From: a virus
Taxonomy: Duplodnaviria > Caudoviricetes
IMG/VR virus record: IMGVR_UViG_3300010381_000013
Location: 1 to 54,006 of that record
Length of the DNA: 54,006 nucleotides
Strand: one strand, 5' to 3'
The notes beneath the pieces are model-generated. The model searched no databases, had not been told where the DNA came from, and was given only the letters and a program-made list of their open reading frames with translations. A program made the position numbers and the translations under genes. Positions 39,043-47,808 of the stretch are shown here, one piece after another; position 1 is the stretch's first letter, and each line of letters begins with the position of its first letter.

Positions 39043-39071
39043 TTGACGTCCTCCTGTTTGTTTGGCAATCT
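39043..39071 (+). promoter_or_regulatory. Candidate sigma70 promoter for tracrRNA, overlapping the cas9 RBS
   Basis: TTGACG-17 nt-CAATCT with a TG extension. Confidence 0.5.
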
Positions 39072-39077
39072 CGCTTT

Positions 39078-39168
39078 ACCCTTTGTAGCAGAAGGGAAAA
39101 CGGGGTCTTCAGTAAGTCGTTAACAAGCTGAAGAGCACCAGCAAGGCGGGCTGCGGCCCGCCTTTTTT
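39078..39168 (+). ncRNA. tracrRNA
   Basis: 23-nt perfect anti-repeat GTAGCAGAAGGGAAAACGGGGTC (39085-39107), bulge, AAGTCGTTAAC lower stem, nexus region, then GGCGGGC-TGCG-GCCCGCC-TTTTTT terminator (39145-39168); 5' end approximate. Confidence 0.92.
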
Positions 39169-39171
39169 ATT

Positions 39172-39215
39172 GGCGAAGTCGCAACGTTCATTGCTGTCAG
39201 AAGTGCTGCGTGCAA
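39172..39215 (-). ncRNA. Candidate scaRNA/crRNA-like mini-guide (isolated 5' repeat fragment)
   Basis: Minus strand reads ...CTTCTGACAGCAATGAAC-GTTGCGACTT-CGCC; the 10-mer at 39176-39185 equals repeat nt 1-10. Confidence 0.35.
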
Positions 39216-39282
39216 TTTGTGTGTTCAAAAAGCCCAACATGTCACATCCTATGAGACGTCAGCACATCACTCTCTTCCACGG

Positions 39283-39312
39283 TTCACATAGAATTTCCAA
39301 GACAGGTATAAT
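39283..39312 (+). promoter_or_regulatory. Candidate sigma70 promoter for the HNH-HIT gene
   Basis: TTCACA-18 nt-TATAAT. Confidence 0.5.
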
Positions 39313-39448
39313 AGAACAGTAGTCCTGTACATCAAGTTTTTCAAGAGAGTGGTCAATAAATTGCATTTTGACTCGCCAGCCACTACCCGGGTACCAGGAT
39401 GGCCAGGCCGCAGCCGAGGGGATGAACTTCCAACAGTGGGCATATCCG

Positions 39449-40423
39449 ATGCGATTCGACGAATTGGTGGATTTTCTCGAGCACAGGATGACGATGCAGC
39501 ATATTTACCAGCCGCTGCTGATTCGTTCGCTTGTGGATGCCGGGGGCTCGGCGACCATCCGGCAACTGGCGCTGGCCTTCCTGGGGCAGGATGAGAGCCA
39601 GATTGTTTTTTATGAGCGGAAGATCAAGGAGATGCCGCTCAAGGTGCTGCGGCGGCACGGGGTGGTGGCGTCGCACGGCGAACTGGTGGAGCTGACGGCG
39701 GGGCGGCTTTCCTTTGAGGAGAAGACCCAGATCCGCATGCTTTGTGACCGGAAGCTCCAGGAGTACATGCTCAAGCGGGGCCTGGGGATCTGGGAATATC
39801 GGATGCTGGAGACCGAGCCCGTGCCCGGGAGCCTGCGCAATCGCGTGCTGGCGGAATCCGGCGGCCGGTGCGCGCTGTGCGGGGCCACGAACAAGGACCG
39901 CCCTCTGGACGTGGACCACATCAAGCCCCGGTCCAAGGGCGGCAAGAACGAATACGCCAACCTGCAGGTCCTCTGCTCCCGCTGCAACAGGGCCAAGGGG
40001 AACAAGGAGGACACGGACTATCGGCCGCTGGTGGCGGAGGATGCGGTTCCTGGTTGTCCGTTCTGCTATGAGGCCATCGAGAGCCGGATCGTGGAGGCGT
40101 ATGATTCCGTGGTGGCCATTCCGGACGGCTTTCCGGTGACCGCAGGACACCTGCTTGTCATCACGAAGCGCCATACGCCGGACTGGTTTTCCATGTCCCA
40201 GGCGGAGCGCAACGACGCCGACAGTCTGCTGCGGATACTCAAGAACCAGCTAAGCGAGGACGACCGCAGTATCACCGGCTTCAATATCGGCATGAACGCC
40301 GGCGCATCCGCCGGGCAGACTGTGTTTCATGTTCATATCCATCTTATCCCGAGACGGGACGGGGATACGGAGAATCCACGCGGTGGGGTGAGAGGGGTGA
40401 TTCCTGGGAAGATGAGTTATTAG
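39449..40423 (+). CDS. HNH endonuclease-HIT hydrolase fusion (start may lie upstream at 39422 or 39368)
   Basis: CALCG...DVDHIKP...NLQVLCSRCNRAK HNH; CPFC, FPVTAGHLLVI, AGQTVFHVHIHLIPR HIT. Confidence 0.9.
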   Translation: MRFDELVDFLEHRMTMQHIYQPLLIRSLVDAGGSATIRQLALAFLGQDESQIVFYERKIKEMPLKVLRRHGVVASHGELVELTAGRLSFEEKTQIRMLCDRKLQEYMLKRGLGIWEYRMLETEPVPGSLRNRVLAESGGRCALCGATNKDRPLDVDHIKPRSKGGKNEYANLQVLCSRCNRAKGNKEDTDYRPLVAEDAVPGCPFCYEAIESRIVEAYDSVVAIPDGFPVTAGHLLVITKRHTPDWFSMSQAERNDADSLLRILKNQLSEDDRSITGFNIGMNAGASAGQTVFHVHIHLIPRRDGDTENPRGGVRGVIPGKMSY

Positions 40424-40519
40424 GATGAGGTGCTCATAATCAGCAACATACTTTCAGAGGATGTGGCTGATAAACAACCTGCGTTGGCCTGTCAGGCGCA
40501 AGTCGAAAGTGGGGAGGGC

Positions 40520-40565
40520 GACAGCTTGCTGCGGATATTAAAAAACCGGCTAAGCGAGGACGACC
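40520..40565 (+). pseudogene. Relic of a second HIT-domain gene
   Basis: 40/46 nt identical to 40220-40265; differences mostly synonymous (DSLLRILKNRLSEDD vs DSLLRILKNQLSEDD). Confidence 0.6.
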
Positions 40566-40599
40566 ACATCACGTCAAGCGGCTTAACGCCACAGCATAT

Positions 40600-41286
40600 C
40601 TACGAAGCGGACCGCAATACTGCCAAGAACTGCCATTGCTTGTGCAACAACGTGCGCAACACGGGGATGTGATTGTACAGGTCGATGCCGACCTTCAATT
40701 CGCACGTAATCAAGCCGAGGCCGGAGACCAGTTGTTTGAACTGATCCTTACGGAAGTATTTCTTCGGCAGGGATATTCCGTAACTCCAGTTGCCGACGGA
40801 ATCCATGATCCAAAGCCACCTGCGCGACCACCATGAATACTCGAAATGATCCTTGACGATGACGAACCTGCTGGTTCTGGCGGCTTCAGCAAGCAACAGC
40901 GGGGCATTTTCCGCCGCATGATGCAGTACGTCGGAGAAGACAACGACGTCGAATTCACGGTTAGCGAAGGGAAAGGTCTTGCCGTCGAATGTACAATACT
41001 TCTCCCAGCGTTTTTGGCCTTTCAGGTGCGCGGGAAGGTCGTACACATCCATGCACACCCATAGCGTTTGGGGCAACGCCTCCCCCAACATTTCGGCGAG
41101 CCTCATGTCTCCGCAGCCCACGTCCAGGCAGCGGAGCATTTTCCCCGAGGGAACATGCCGATCGATGGCCTTCGCTATCAAGTTGGAAAGGATGGAAAGT
41201 CGGTTGCGATGTGAAACCGATTGATGCACGGCGATCATGAGGTCGCCGATTTGTTTTGCCTTTTTACCTGCCAAAGGCGAACTCAT
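40600..41286 (-). CDS. Class I SAM-dependent methyltransferase (glycan/small-molecule type)
   Basis: LDVGCGD motif I; FDVVVFSDVLHH; GGAGG RBS. Confidence 0.88.
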   Translation of the reverse strand: MSSPLAGKKAKQIGDLMIAVHQSVSHRNRLSILSNLIAKAIDRHVPSGKMLRCLDVGCGDMRLAEMLGEALPQTLWVCMDVYDLPAHLKGQKRWEKYCTFDGKTFPFANREFDVVVFSDVLHHAAENAPLLLAEAARTSRFVIVKDHFEYSWWSRRWLWIMDSVGNWSYGISLPKKYFRKDQFKQLVSGLGLITCELKVGIDLYNHIPVLRTLLHKQWQFLAVLRSAS

Positions 41287-41489
41287 GGAGCCTCCGGTCT
41301 ATGCATTCAATATAGGGCGTGAGGCCGTCTTTTCACAATGGCCAGACAGCATGGCTATACGGCTTCGCCGTCGGTCGGGCCGGGCATCCGGTGGCTTCCA
41401 GCCGCAAGGGATACCTGCGTCGCACGGTTATTCCGGCGCTAGGCCTCACCAGGGTAAAGATAAGAGGCGACCTATCTCGCGATGCACCA

Positions 41490-42674
41490 TCACGGCTGTT
41501 GTTTTTTTGAAGGTATTTCGAGGATCGATCCTATGAATCCAATAGGAATGAGTTGCAATGAAAAGGTGAGCAAAAAAGATGAAAAGAGAAATAAACGGAT
41601 ATGGAATATGCTTGTAATGTCTCCAAAGTTGTGTCTTTGCCAATACAAGTAGACATATACCATGGCACACAGGCTCGCTATGATAAGAACTGAGGCAATA
41701 ACAATAATTTTTTCAAGCGAGATTAGTCTGAAAAATTTCATCGACTTATTGTCAAGAGGCAGAAAACCACGCTCTGCAGAAAATTTTCGAATGACGGTAA
41801 ATAGTAAAACGGATTGAAGTCCACCCATTGTTAATATACAACCAACAACAAAAGTATTATTATCTAGTCTGACAGCACCGATTTCAAGGGGGCCACCAAT
41901 AAGTAAAATAACAACAATAAGTCCTATTGTAGTAAAAAATAATCCAGGTATGAGAAACAACCATTGCGGGCTATACATAAGTAAAAAACGCAAGTGTCTC
42001 CACCCGTCTGTCCATGTTTTCAAGTGCGGTGGTCGAGTTCGGCCGTCTACGGAGAGAGTTGTTGGAACTTCTCGAATGTTTAAATTTTCCAATGCCGCAC
42101 GGACAATCATTTCGCTTGCAAATTCCATCCCTGTTGTGTTTAATGATAGTCTTTTTATCGCGCTTGTTTTAAACCCTCGCAGACCGCAATGAAAATCACC
42201 ACATGGAGATCCAAACAATACCTTACCAATAAAGCTAAGGACTGGATTGCCAAGATATCTGTGGCTAAGGGGCATGGCACCCTGTTCGATACATCCTAAA
42301 AATCTGTTACCAATAACAAGCTCAGCACCATTTCGAAGTTCTTGTACAAATAAATCAAGATTGCTAAAGTCGTAGCTATCATCAGCATCACCCATGATGA
42401 TAAAATGACCATGCGCAGCTTCGATCCCTTTTAACAGTGCGGAACCATAGCCCCTTTGGGGCTCTGAAATGATTCGAGCGCCATGTGTAGTTGCAATTTG
42501 GAGCGAACCGTCAGTACTTCCATTGTCCGCTATAAGTATTTCTCCTTGTATTCCTGTCCTGTTTAAAAAATTGAACGCCTTGTCAATACAGATTGCCAAA
42601 GTCTCTGCTTCATTGAGGCACGGCATTAATATTGTAAGTTCGATGTCCGTATTTTCGTCAGAGCGAAAAGTCAT
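41490..42674 (-). CDS. GT2 polyprenol-phosphate glycosyltransferase (GtrB/DPM-like) with C-terminal TM segments
   Basis: ILMPCLNE, IADNGSTDGS, GYG, MGDADDSY (DxD), DFHCGLRG, MEFASEM. Confidence 0.9.
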   Translation of the reverse strand: MTFRSDENTDIELTILMPCLNEAETLAICIDKAFNFLNRTGIQGEILIADNGSTDGSLQIATTHGARIISEPQRGYGSALLKGIEAAHGHFIIMGDADDSYDFSNLDLFVQELRNGAELVIGNRFLGCIEQGAMPLSHRYLGNPVLSFIGKVLFGSPCGDFHCGLRGFKTSAIKRLSLNTTGMEFASEMIVRAALENLNIREVPTTLSVDGRTRPPHLKTWTDGWRHLRFLLMYSPQWLFLIPGLFFTTIGLIVVILLIGGPLEIGAVRLDNNTFVVGCILTMGGLQSVLLFTVIRKFSAERGFLPLDNKSMKFFRLISLEKIIVIASVLIIASLCAMVYVYLYWQRHNFGDITSIFHIRLFLFSSFLLTFSLQLIPIGFIGSILEIPSKKQQP

Positions 42675-42699
42675 TTCCTACACCCTAAGCTCCTGTCGA

Positions 42700-44358
42700 T
42701 CAATTTGCTAGAGAACCCTTTCCATAGCATTTGAGTTCTAACTTTGGGGCATCAGGAGATAAAACCCATATATATCTGTCAAAAAAGTAGTGGGTCAATG
42801 CGCCGTTTTTTTGCTTGTCAAGGTATCTTGCCCAAACTATTTTTGAATCATCAATATCTGCTCCATTGTAAACCCATTCAGCATGAGGCGAGTGCCTTTG
42901 CGAATATTTTACAAGAACAAGATGTTTCCCAGGAATCTTTGATAATGACTCAGAAAGAATAACACGCATTTTTTGCCATGGTATAAATTTTTTATTAAAT
43001 TCCATCTGATAGTTAAAATCGAGCGCTGCAAAAAAAATGAGAGAAATGACGATTGCCCTTGTAATAGTTTTTCCAGAAAGGAAATTCAGCAGGTTTATTT
43101 CATAGAGATGTGACATAAGACTAACGATAATAATATATATAAGGCCTGTGGCTGGTGCGGCATAATGGTTTTGTTGGTAGGTGCAGACCATGAGCCCGGC
43201 CCCAAAAAAAAGAAAAATGAGGAGGCATGCTTGCAAAGGCGGTTCTCTCAAAATTCTGCGGAAGATTATAAACGGAATAAGCAAGACAAATCCAAAATAA
43301 AAATTACTATATTTAATGGTTTTATCTGAAATTGAAGCTATAAACCCTGTAATCGTCTGTTCCTTAAGATACTCTGAATATGTAATTTTAAAAAGTTTAA
43401 GCATTTCAGAGTTATACAATTGTGGTTGTCGAACAAACTTTTCAAATACAAAATTTGGAACTCCATCATGCTGCCTAGCGTATTCAATATAAGGCAATTC
43501 AAAGTAGTTATTTGTTATTGCCTTGTTGTAGATAAGCATGGATGAAGCTGTAGCAATTAAAACAACAAAAAGTGGAGTAAAAAATTTTAATAGTATATTA
43601 TGCCATGTTTCTTCACTTTTTATTAATAAAATGCATACTAAGGTGAGTAGCGGTAAGATTATTAGCACCCCTTCATAGGGTCTACTGCAAGCTAAAATTG
43701 CGATTCCAGCTCCCAAAATAATCGAATGCCGTATTGTAATATTCGAAATAAGCCGTCTCGCCGCGCCAAAAATGAGCGCGCCGCCAAAGGCGGCAACGGC
43801 ACCGCCCCAGTAGCTTTGGCTCCAATAGGCATCCTTGGAAATCATAACCTGGAGAAACGCAATGTAAGCGCCACAAACAGCCCATCCTGGCCCCACCCAG
43901 GCCTGGAGCATCCAGCAAATACCAGCGCACGCCGCTGCAACGCTAAGCCACACGCCGATGATAGGAGTGTTGTCGATAATTTTTCCCAGAGCTAAGACGA
44001 CTCCTTGGGCAGGGGGGTATTTGCTAGCGTATGTGGGATGTTGCAGGACATGAAACGTATCGAAGTTGACCGAACAAGGATGTGAAGGATTGGCCAATCG
44101 CCCTTTGCTAAATGTATCTGCCTGAAGTAGATAGCTATATTCATCATGAATTTTGGGAACTGGTATTCCCATAACCATTGCATATAAACCACAAAATAAA
44201 AAAGTAGTAAAAAAAACGGTGACTATTGCCAACTTTTTGTGCTTAGAAAATTGCGATAGAACAAGCTCAATACGGGAGAATGCTGGAAATGTTATCGAGC
44301 GAGTTACGGTCAAGAGAATCAAGACAACGAAGAATACAAGCATTTGTTGAAAAAACAT
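42700..44358 (-). CDS. Polytopic membrane protein, probable GT-C-fold glycosyltransferase
   Basis: HDEYSY acidic motif after the first TMs, SKYPP, SRPYEG; many TM segments; AT-rich; upstream of the GT2 gene. Confidence 0.65.
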   Translation of the reverse strand: MFFQQMLVFFVVLILLTVTRSITFPAFSRIELVLSQFSKHKKLAIVTVFFTTFLFCGLYAMVMGIPVPKIHDEYSYLLQADTFSKGRLANPSHPCSVNFDTFHVLQHPTYASKYPPAQGVVLALGKIIDNTPIIGVWLSVAAACAGICWMLQAWVGPGWAVCGAYIAFLQVMISKDAYWSQSYWGGAVAAFGGALIFGAARRLISNITIRHSIILGAGIAILACSRPYEGVLIILPLLTLVCILLIKSEETWHNILLKFFTPLFVVLIATASSMLIYNKAITNNYFELPYIEYARQHDGVPNFVFEKFVRQPQLYNSEMLKLFKITYSEYLKEQTITGFIASISDKTIKYSNFYFGFVLLIPFIIFRRILREPPLQACLLIFLFFGAGLMVCTYQQNHYAAPATGLIYIIIVSLMSHLYEINLLNFLSGKTITRAIVISLIFFAALDFNYQMEFNKKFIPWQKMRVILSESLSKIPGKHLVLVKYSQRHSPHAEWVYNGADIDDSKIVWARYLDKQKNGALTHYFFDRYIWVLSPDAPKLELKCYGKGSLAN

Positions 44359-44552
44359 ATGATATTAATGGAAGACGGTAAGATAAAGATTGGGAAGGCT
44401 ATTGATATTCGCTCTCTTGCCCCGAACCCCAGCTTCTTCACCTTCCGGGCTGGGATGCGCTTGTGTCCATGACCAGCTCAGCCTGGATACTCCCGTCTGT
44501 GAGTATTTTTCCCGTTGGCACATGAGACTGCCTCAACATCCCCTCACTCTGC

Positions 44553-45623
44553 CTAGGCGTTGGCCGGCGCTTCGTAGCTCTTGAATGTCTCCATGATCCG
44601 CTCCGCGTACTTGAAGATGTCGTTCAGGCTTTCCAGGGGAACACGCTCTTCTTTTTTGGCGGCATCGAACAGGCCGAGGTATTTCGTTGAACCGTTCAAG
44701 TGGAGGCGGCAGAGCGGCTTGCGATTCGTGTCGTCCAGCAGGACGCCCATGTAGCCTTGTGTATCACGCGCCGCGATGCGGGCGGGATCGCAGCATTCCC
44801 GGAGGATCGCCTTGACGGTCAGATAGCCTTCGATTTCTTCCTGCGTCGTTTCGATCTTCGACTTGGCTGGCTGCTCCAGCACCGCCTCTGTGGGAGGCGC
44901 GGCAGCCGGGGTGGTCACGGTCATCGCGCCCTTCAGGCGTTCGTTGATGCGCTCATCGATGAGCTTGGCGAACGCGCGTTTGATGATCGGGGTGAACTGC
45001 TCCTTGACGGCGGCGGTCATGCGACCCGTATAGACCCGGCCAATGAAAAAGCGGGCGAAATCCTCGGATGGCGTTTCGAGCTCACTGGCCAACAGTTTCT
45101 TGGCTTCCCGCGTGTATTTGAGTTCCATGGCACAGGACAGCGTTTGATCCAGGTCAAACTGTGTCTTGGTCATCTTCTTGAGTTCGGGGACAAGGGACAG
45201 GTCGAGGTCTTCCAGGTCGACGATCATGAACGGCCTGCTGTCCATCTTGTTGGGTTCATCCAGGTCGGTGAAGAAATGGTAGCGCGCGCCGTCTGTAAGC
45301 AGCGCCACGCGGCAGGCGGTCACGGCGAAATAGCGATAGAGCTGGCCCGATGCTTCGGACAGGTCGGCCCCGTATTGTTTGACTTCGACGATGAAGATCG
45401 GCTTTTCGTTCAGGCAGATGGCGTAATCGACTTTCTCGCCTTTCTTGATGCCGTGGTCGGCGGTAAACTCCGGGACCACTTCCTTCGGGTTGAACACATC
45501 ATAGCCGAGCGTCTGCAAAAACGGCATGACGAGGGCAGTCTTGGTCGCTTCCTCGTTGGCGAGATGATCTTTGAGCTTGGCAGTGCGATTCGCAAGTTCC
45601 TGGATTTGGTCAATGAAGTCCAC
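44553..45623 (-). CDS. HsdR-N-like PD-(D/E)xK endonuclease, stand-alone prophage type
   Basis: NEEATKTALVMPF..LGYDVFNP.EV.PEF, EKVDYAI, IVEVK, LLTDG; AAGGAG RBS before GTG. Confidence 0.85.
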   Translation of the reverse strand: MDFIDQIQELANRTAKLKDHLANEEATKTALVMPFLQTLGYDVFNPKEVVPEFTADHGIKKGEKVDYAICLNEKPIFIVEVKQYGADLSEASGQLYRYFAVTACRVALLTDGARYHFFTDLDEPNKMDSRPFMIVDLEDLDLSLVPELKKMTKTQFDLDQTLSCAMELKYTREAKKLLASELETPSEDFARFFIGRVYTGRMTAAVKEQFTPIIKRAFAKLIDERINERLKGAMTVTTPAAAPPTEAVLEQPAKSKIETTQEEIEGYLTVKAILRECCDPARIAARDTQGYMGVLLDDTNRKPLCRLHLNGSTKYLGLFDAAKKEERVPLESLNDIFKYAERIMETFKSYEAPANA

Positions 45624-45691
45624 GCCATTCTCCTTGCTAAATAGATACATCCACTCGTTTAATGGAAAAGTATAAATTACACAATTTCTGC

Positions 45692-45970
45692 TCAGTTATT
45701 ATCCATGTCCAGCGTCCGATAATCACCTAACGTGTTGTCATAGACATTCACTTCAACCCCTGCCCCTGAACCCTGGATGCTGTCAACCGTCACATCGTGG
45801 TAATTCCCCGTGTTGTAGTCGTAAATCTCAATATCCATTCCTGGACGGACCAGATTGCCTTTCTCTATCTCGACATAGCCTCCACTGTTGTAATCAAATC
45901 CGTCCCAGGCCAAAGCTGGAGATGCAGTCACTAGGATGCACAACATGATCATAGCCAGAGAATATCGCAT
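45692..45970 (-). CDS. Small secreted protein (DUF5334-like)
   Basis: Signal peptide ending ALA; WDGFDY...VEIEKGNLVRPG...EIYDY. Confidence 0.65.
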   Translation of the reverse strand: MRYSLAMIMLCILVTASPALAWDGFDYNSGGYVEIEKGNLVRPGMDIEIYDYNTGNYHDVTVDSIQGSGAGVEVNVYDNTLGDYRTLDMDNN

Positions 45971-46164
45971 GGCCTCTCCCCACATTTTCCCATCAGTTAA
46001 ATTAAATCTACGAACATCGTCCTTTCTCCCTGTCCTTTTATTAGTCCTATGCTGATTACTCTTCATGACGACGGCATTAAAGCGTCAGTGATACGTTTCT
46101 TAGGTGTTCTGGAGACGTTTGTAGTCTTGCATCTCGCTTCTCAGTAGCTCTAAATTTTTATATA

Positions 46165-46629
46165 TTACGGGTGTTCAGCTATCCCTTTTGCCCGAGCTTC
46201 ATCCGCCAATTCGTCAACCATCCCATTGGTTGTAATAAATTGCTCAAAAGACCAACCGCCTGTAGCAGAGTTCGAACGGTTGTATAAGTCAACAGCGACA
46301 TCAAGGAGCGATGATTGGCTGTAATAGTTTAAGTTCTCGCTACGATAACGGGTGATGTTGATCACGGTTTTCGGGGTATATCCATCGCGTTCAATCCTAA
46401 GGATGGATTCGTATTTCGTTTTATTGGCGCGATCTGCAAATATTCTTCGGCACAACCGCATAGCGGCATAAACTGCCATATCCGAATTTAGGTTTTTTGT
46501 TTTCTTAACAATACAGTCGTCAATGGAGTTATAGGCTTCAAGTGTGCCGCTGTTGTTGTATGCAAAATAGGATAAATATAATATGAAACATATTACGATG
46601 AATGCAGCAATTCCTGCTAAAGTTTTCAT
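46165..46629 (-). CDS. Membrane-anchored hypothetical protein
   Basis: N-terminal TM segment, 154 aa, AT-rich. Confidence 0.6.
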   Translation of the reverse strand: MKTLAGIAAFIVICFILYLSYFAYNNSGTLEAYNSIDDCIVKKTKNLNSDMAVYAAMRLCRRIFADRANKTKYESILRIERDGYTPKTVINITRYRSENLNYYSQSSLLDVAVDLYNRSNSATGGWSFEQFITTNGMVDELADEARAKGIAEHP

Positions 46630-46700
46630 TGTAAAATGCTATTTGGTGCCGTTGTGTTAGTGCTTATTTATGGCAATTGATGCCTAGATAAACTGTTCTT

Positions 46701-47162
46701 TTATGCCGCAATAGAAAATATGACCATGCAAGCAAGGGAAATGATGACTGACAAAAAAACAAGACCTGCGATTCCTTTTGTTGGCATTTTGGGTACTTTT
46801 GACTCAATTTCTCTTTTGCTAAACCGAGGGGGAAGAGAAAGCATGTTTTCAGTTTTATGTATAAACGCTTTAAGAGTAAGAGCCTCGCTTTGGTCGGTCC
46901 TCCATGTTCCAAGCCAAATGCAAAACAGTATATAGTAAAATGAAGAGGCTAAGGATAGAAATGAAAGGAGAGCGTGTGGATGTGTTCTGAAATATTCAAT
47001 TTCGTGTGTAAGTATATTCCCAAAGAAAACAGTAAGACATACTAGTATCTTTGTAAAAATGTCATGGTGTTTTAGTAGGACATTGTTTGTTTCGGCTAGC
47101 TGCTTATTCTGAATTTTATAATGCTCAACAAGGATGTTGTTGTTTTTTTTGTTCTTGTGCAT
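46701..47162 (-). CDS. Three-TM membrane protein
   Basis: Hydrophobic segments; AT-rich; downstream of the repressor. Confidence 0.55.
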   Translation of the reverse strand: MHKNKKNNNILVEHYKIQNKQLAETNNVLLKHHDIFTKILVCLTVFFGNILTHEIEYFRTHPHALLSFLSLASSFYYILFCIWLGTWRTDQSEALTLKAFIHKTENMLSLPPRFSKREIESKVPKMPTKGIAGLVFLSVIISLACMVIFSIAA

Positions 47163-47316
47163 CAGCTGGTGTCCCTGTCTTTTGTTGGGTAAGAATGCTT
47201 AGCTCAAAAAGAACATCCCCAAAAACTTCCCAAACTTCGCCTTTTCTTCCTGTATCTTCGTCACGTCCTCTTAGACCACTCTTGCTTCAGAGCTCCTTGC
47301 TTAATGAATAGTCCCT

Positions 47317-47808
47317 TTAGATGTCTTTCCCGAAGTCAGACCCGGGTTCATGGATGTTATTATATCCAGGAGCGGCCGGAGGTTCGGCCGTCGCGTAGGT
47401 ACTTTTCGGGGCGCGGGTCTTGCCCATGGCGATGGCTTCGATGCCATCGATGATCCGTTCGGGCGCCGCGCCCAACTCCTGCATGGTCCGCTTATAGGTC
47501 AGCATCTCCCGTTGGGCGGGCGTCAACTTCTCGTTGAGTTCTTCCAATGGGATGGCCGGCGTTTCAGCCTGCCCCTGGTCACCGAGCATTTCCCCTTCGC
47601 CAGTCAAAAGCCAATGTCCGTTGATGTGAAACGCACGTACCCAGCCAGCAAGGCATGTAGCCCCTGGTTCGCGGATAGCGGCCAAGTAGCCGCTTAGTGA
47701 TTGCGCCGTAACACCGCCGGCCTGGGCGAAAAGCTTTTTCTCAACCTTCAAGCTTTGGATAACAAGCTTAATCCTATCGGATAGCTCAATTAATTCTGGG
47801 CGTTGCAT
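47317..47808 (-). CDS. CI-like XRE HTH repressor without an evident S24 peptidase domain
   Basis: DRIKLV...FAQAGGVTAQSLSGY...REPG...INGHWLLTGEGEM; divergent from cro; start uncertain (47808 or 47871). Confidence 0.8.
   Translation of the reverse strand: MQRPELIELSDRIKLVIQSLKVEKKLFAQAGGVTAQSLSGYLAAIREPGATCLAGWVRAFHINGHWLLTGEGEMLGDQGQAETPAIPLEELNEKLTPAQREMLTYKRTMQELGAAPERIIDGIEAIAMGKTRAPKSTYATAEPPAAPGYNNIHEPGSDFGKDI

Noticed and set aside
39261-39270. AGCACATCAC identical to the first 10 nt of spacer 6, near the HNH-HIT promoter
   Set aside because: PAM-distal end, largely trimmed from mature II-C crRNAs; a 10-mer is within chance expectation
40430-40672. 80-aa ORF after HNH-HIT
   Set aside because: Only a 15-codon HIT relic is recognisable; treated as a remnant, not a gene
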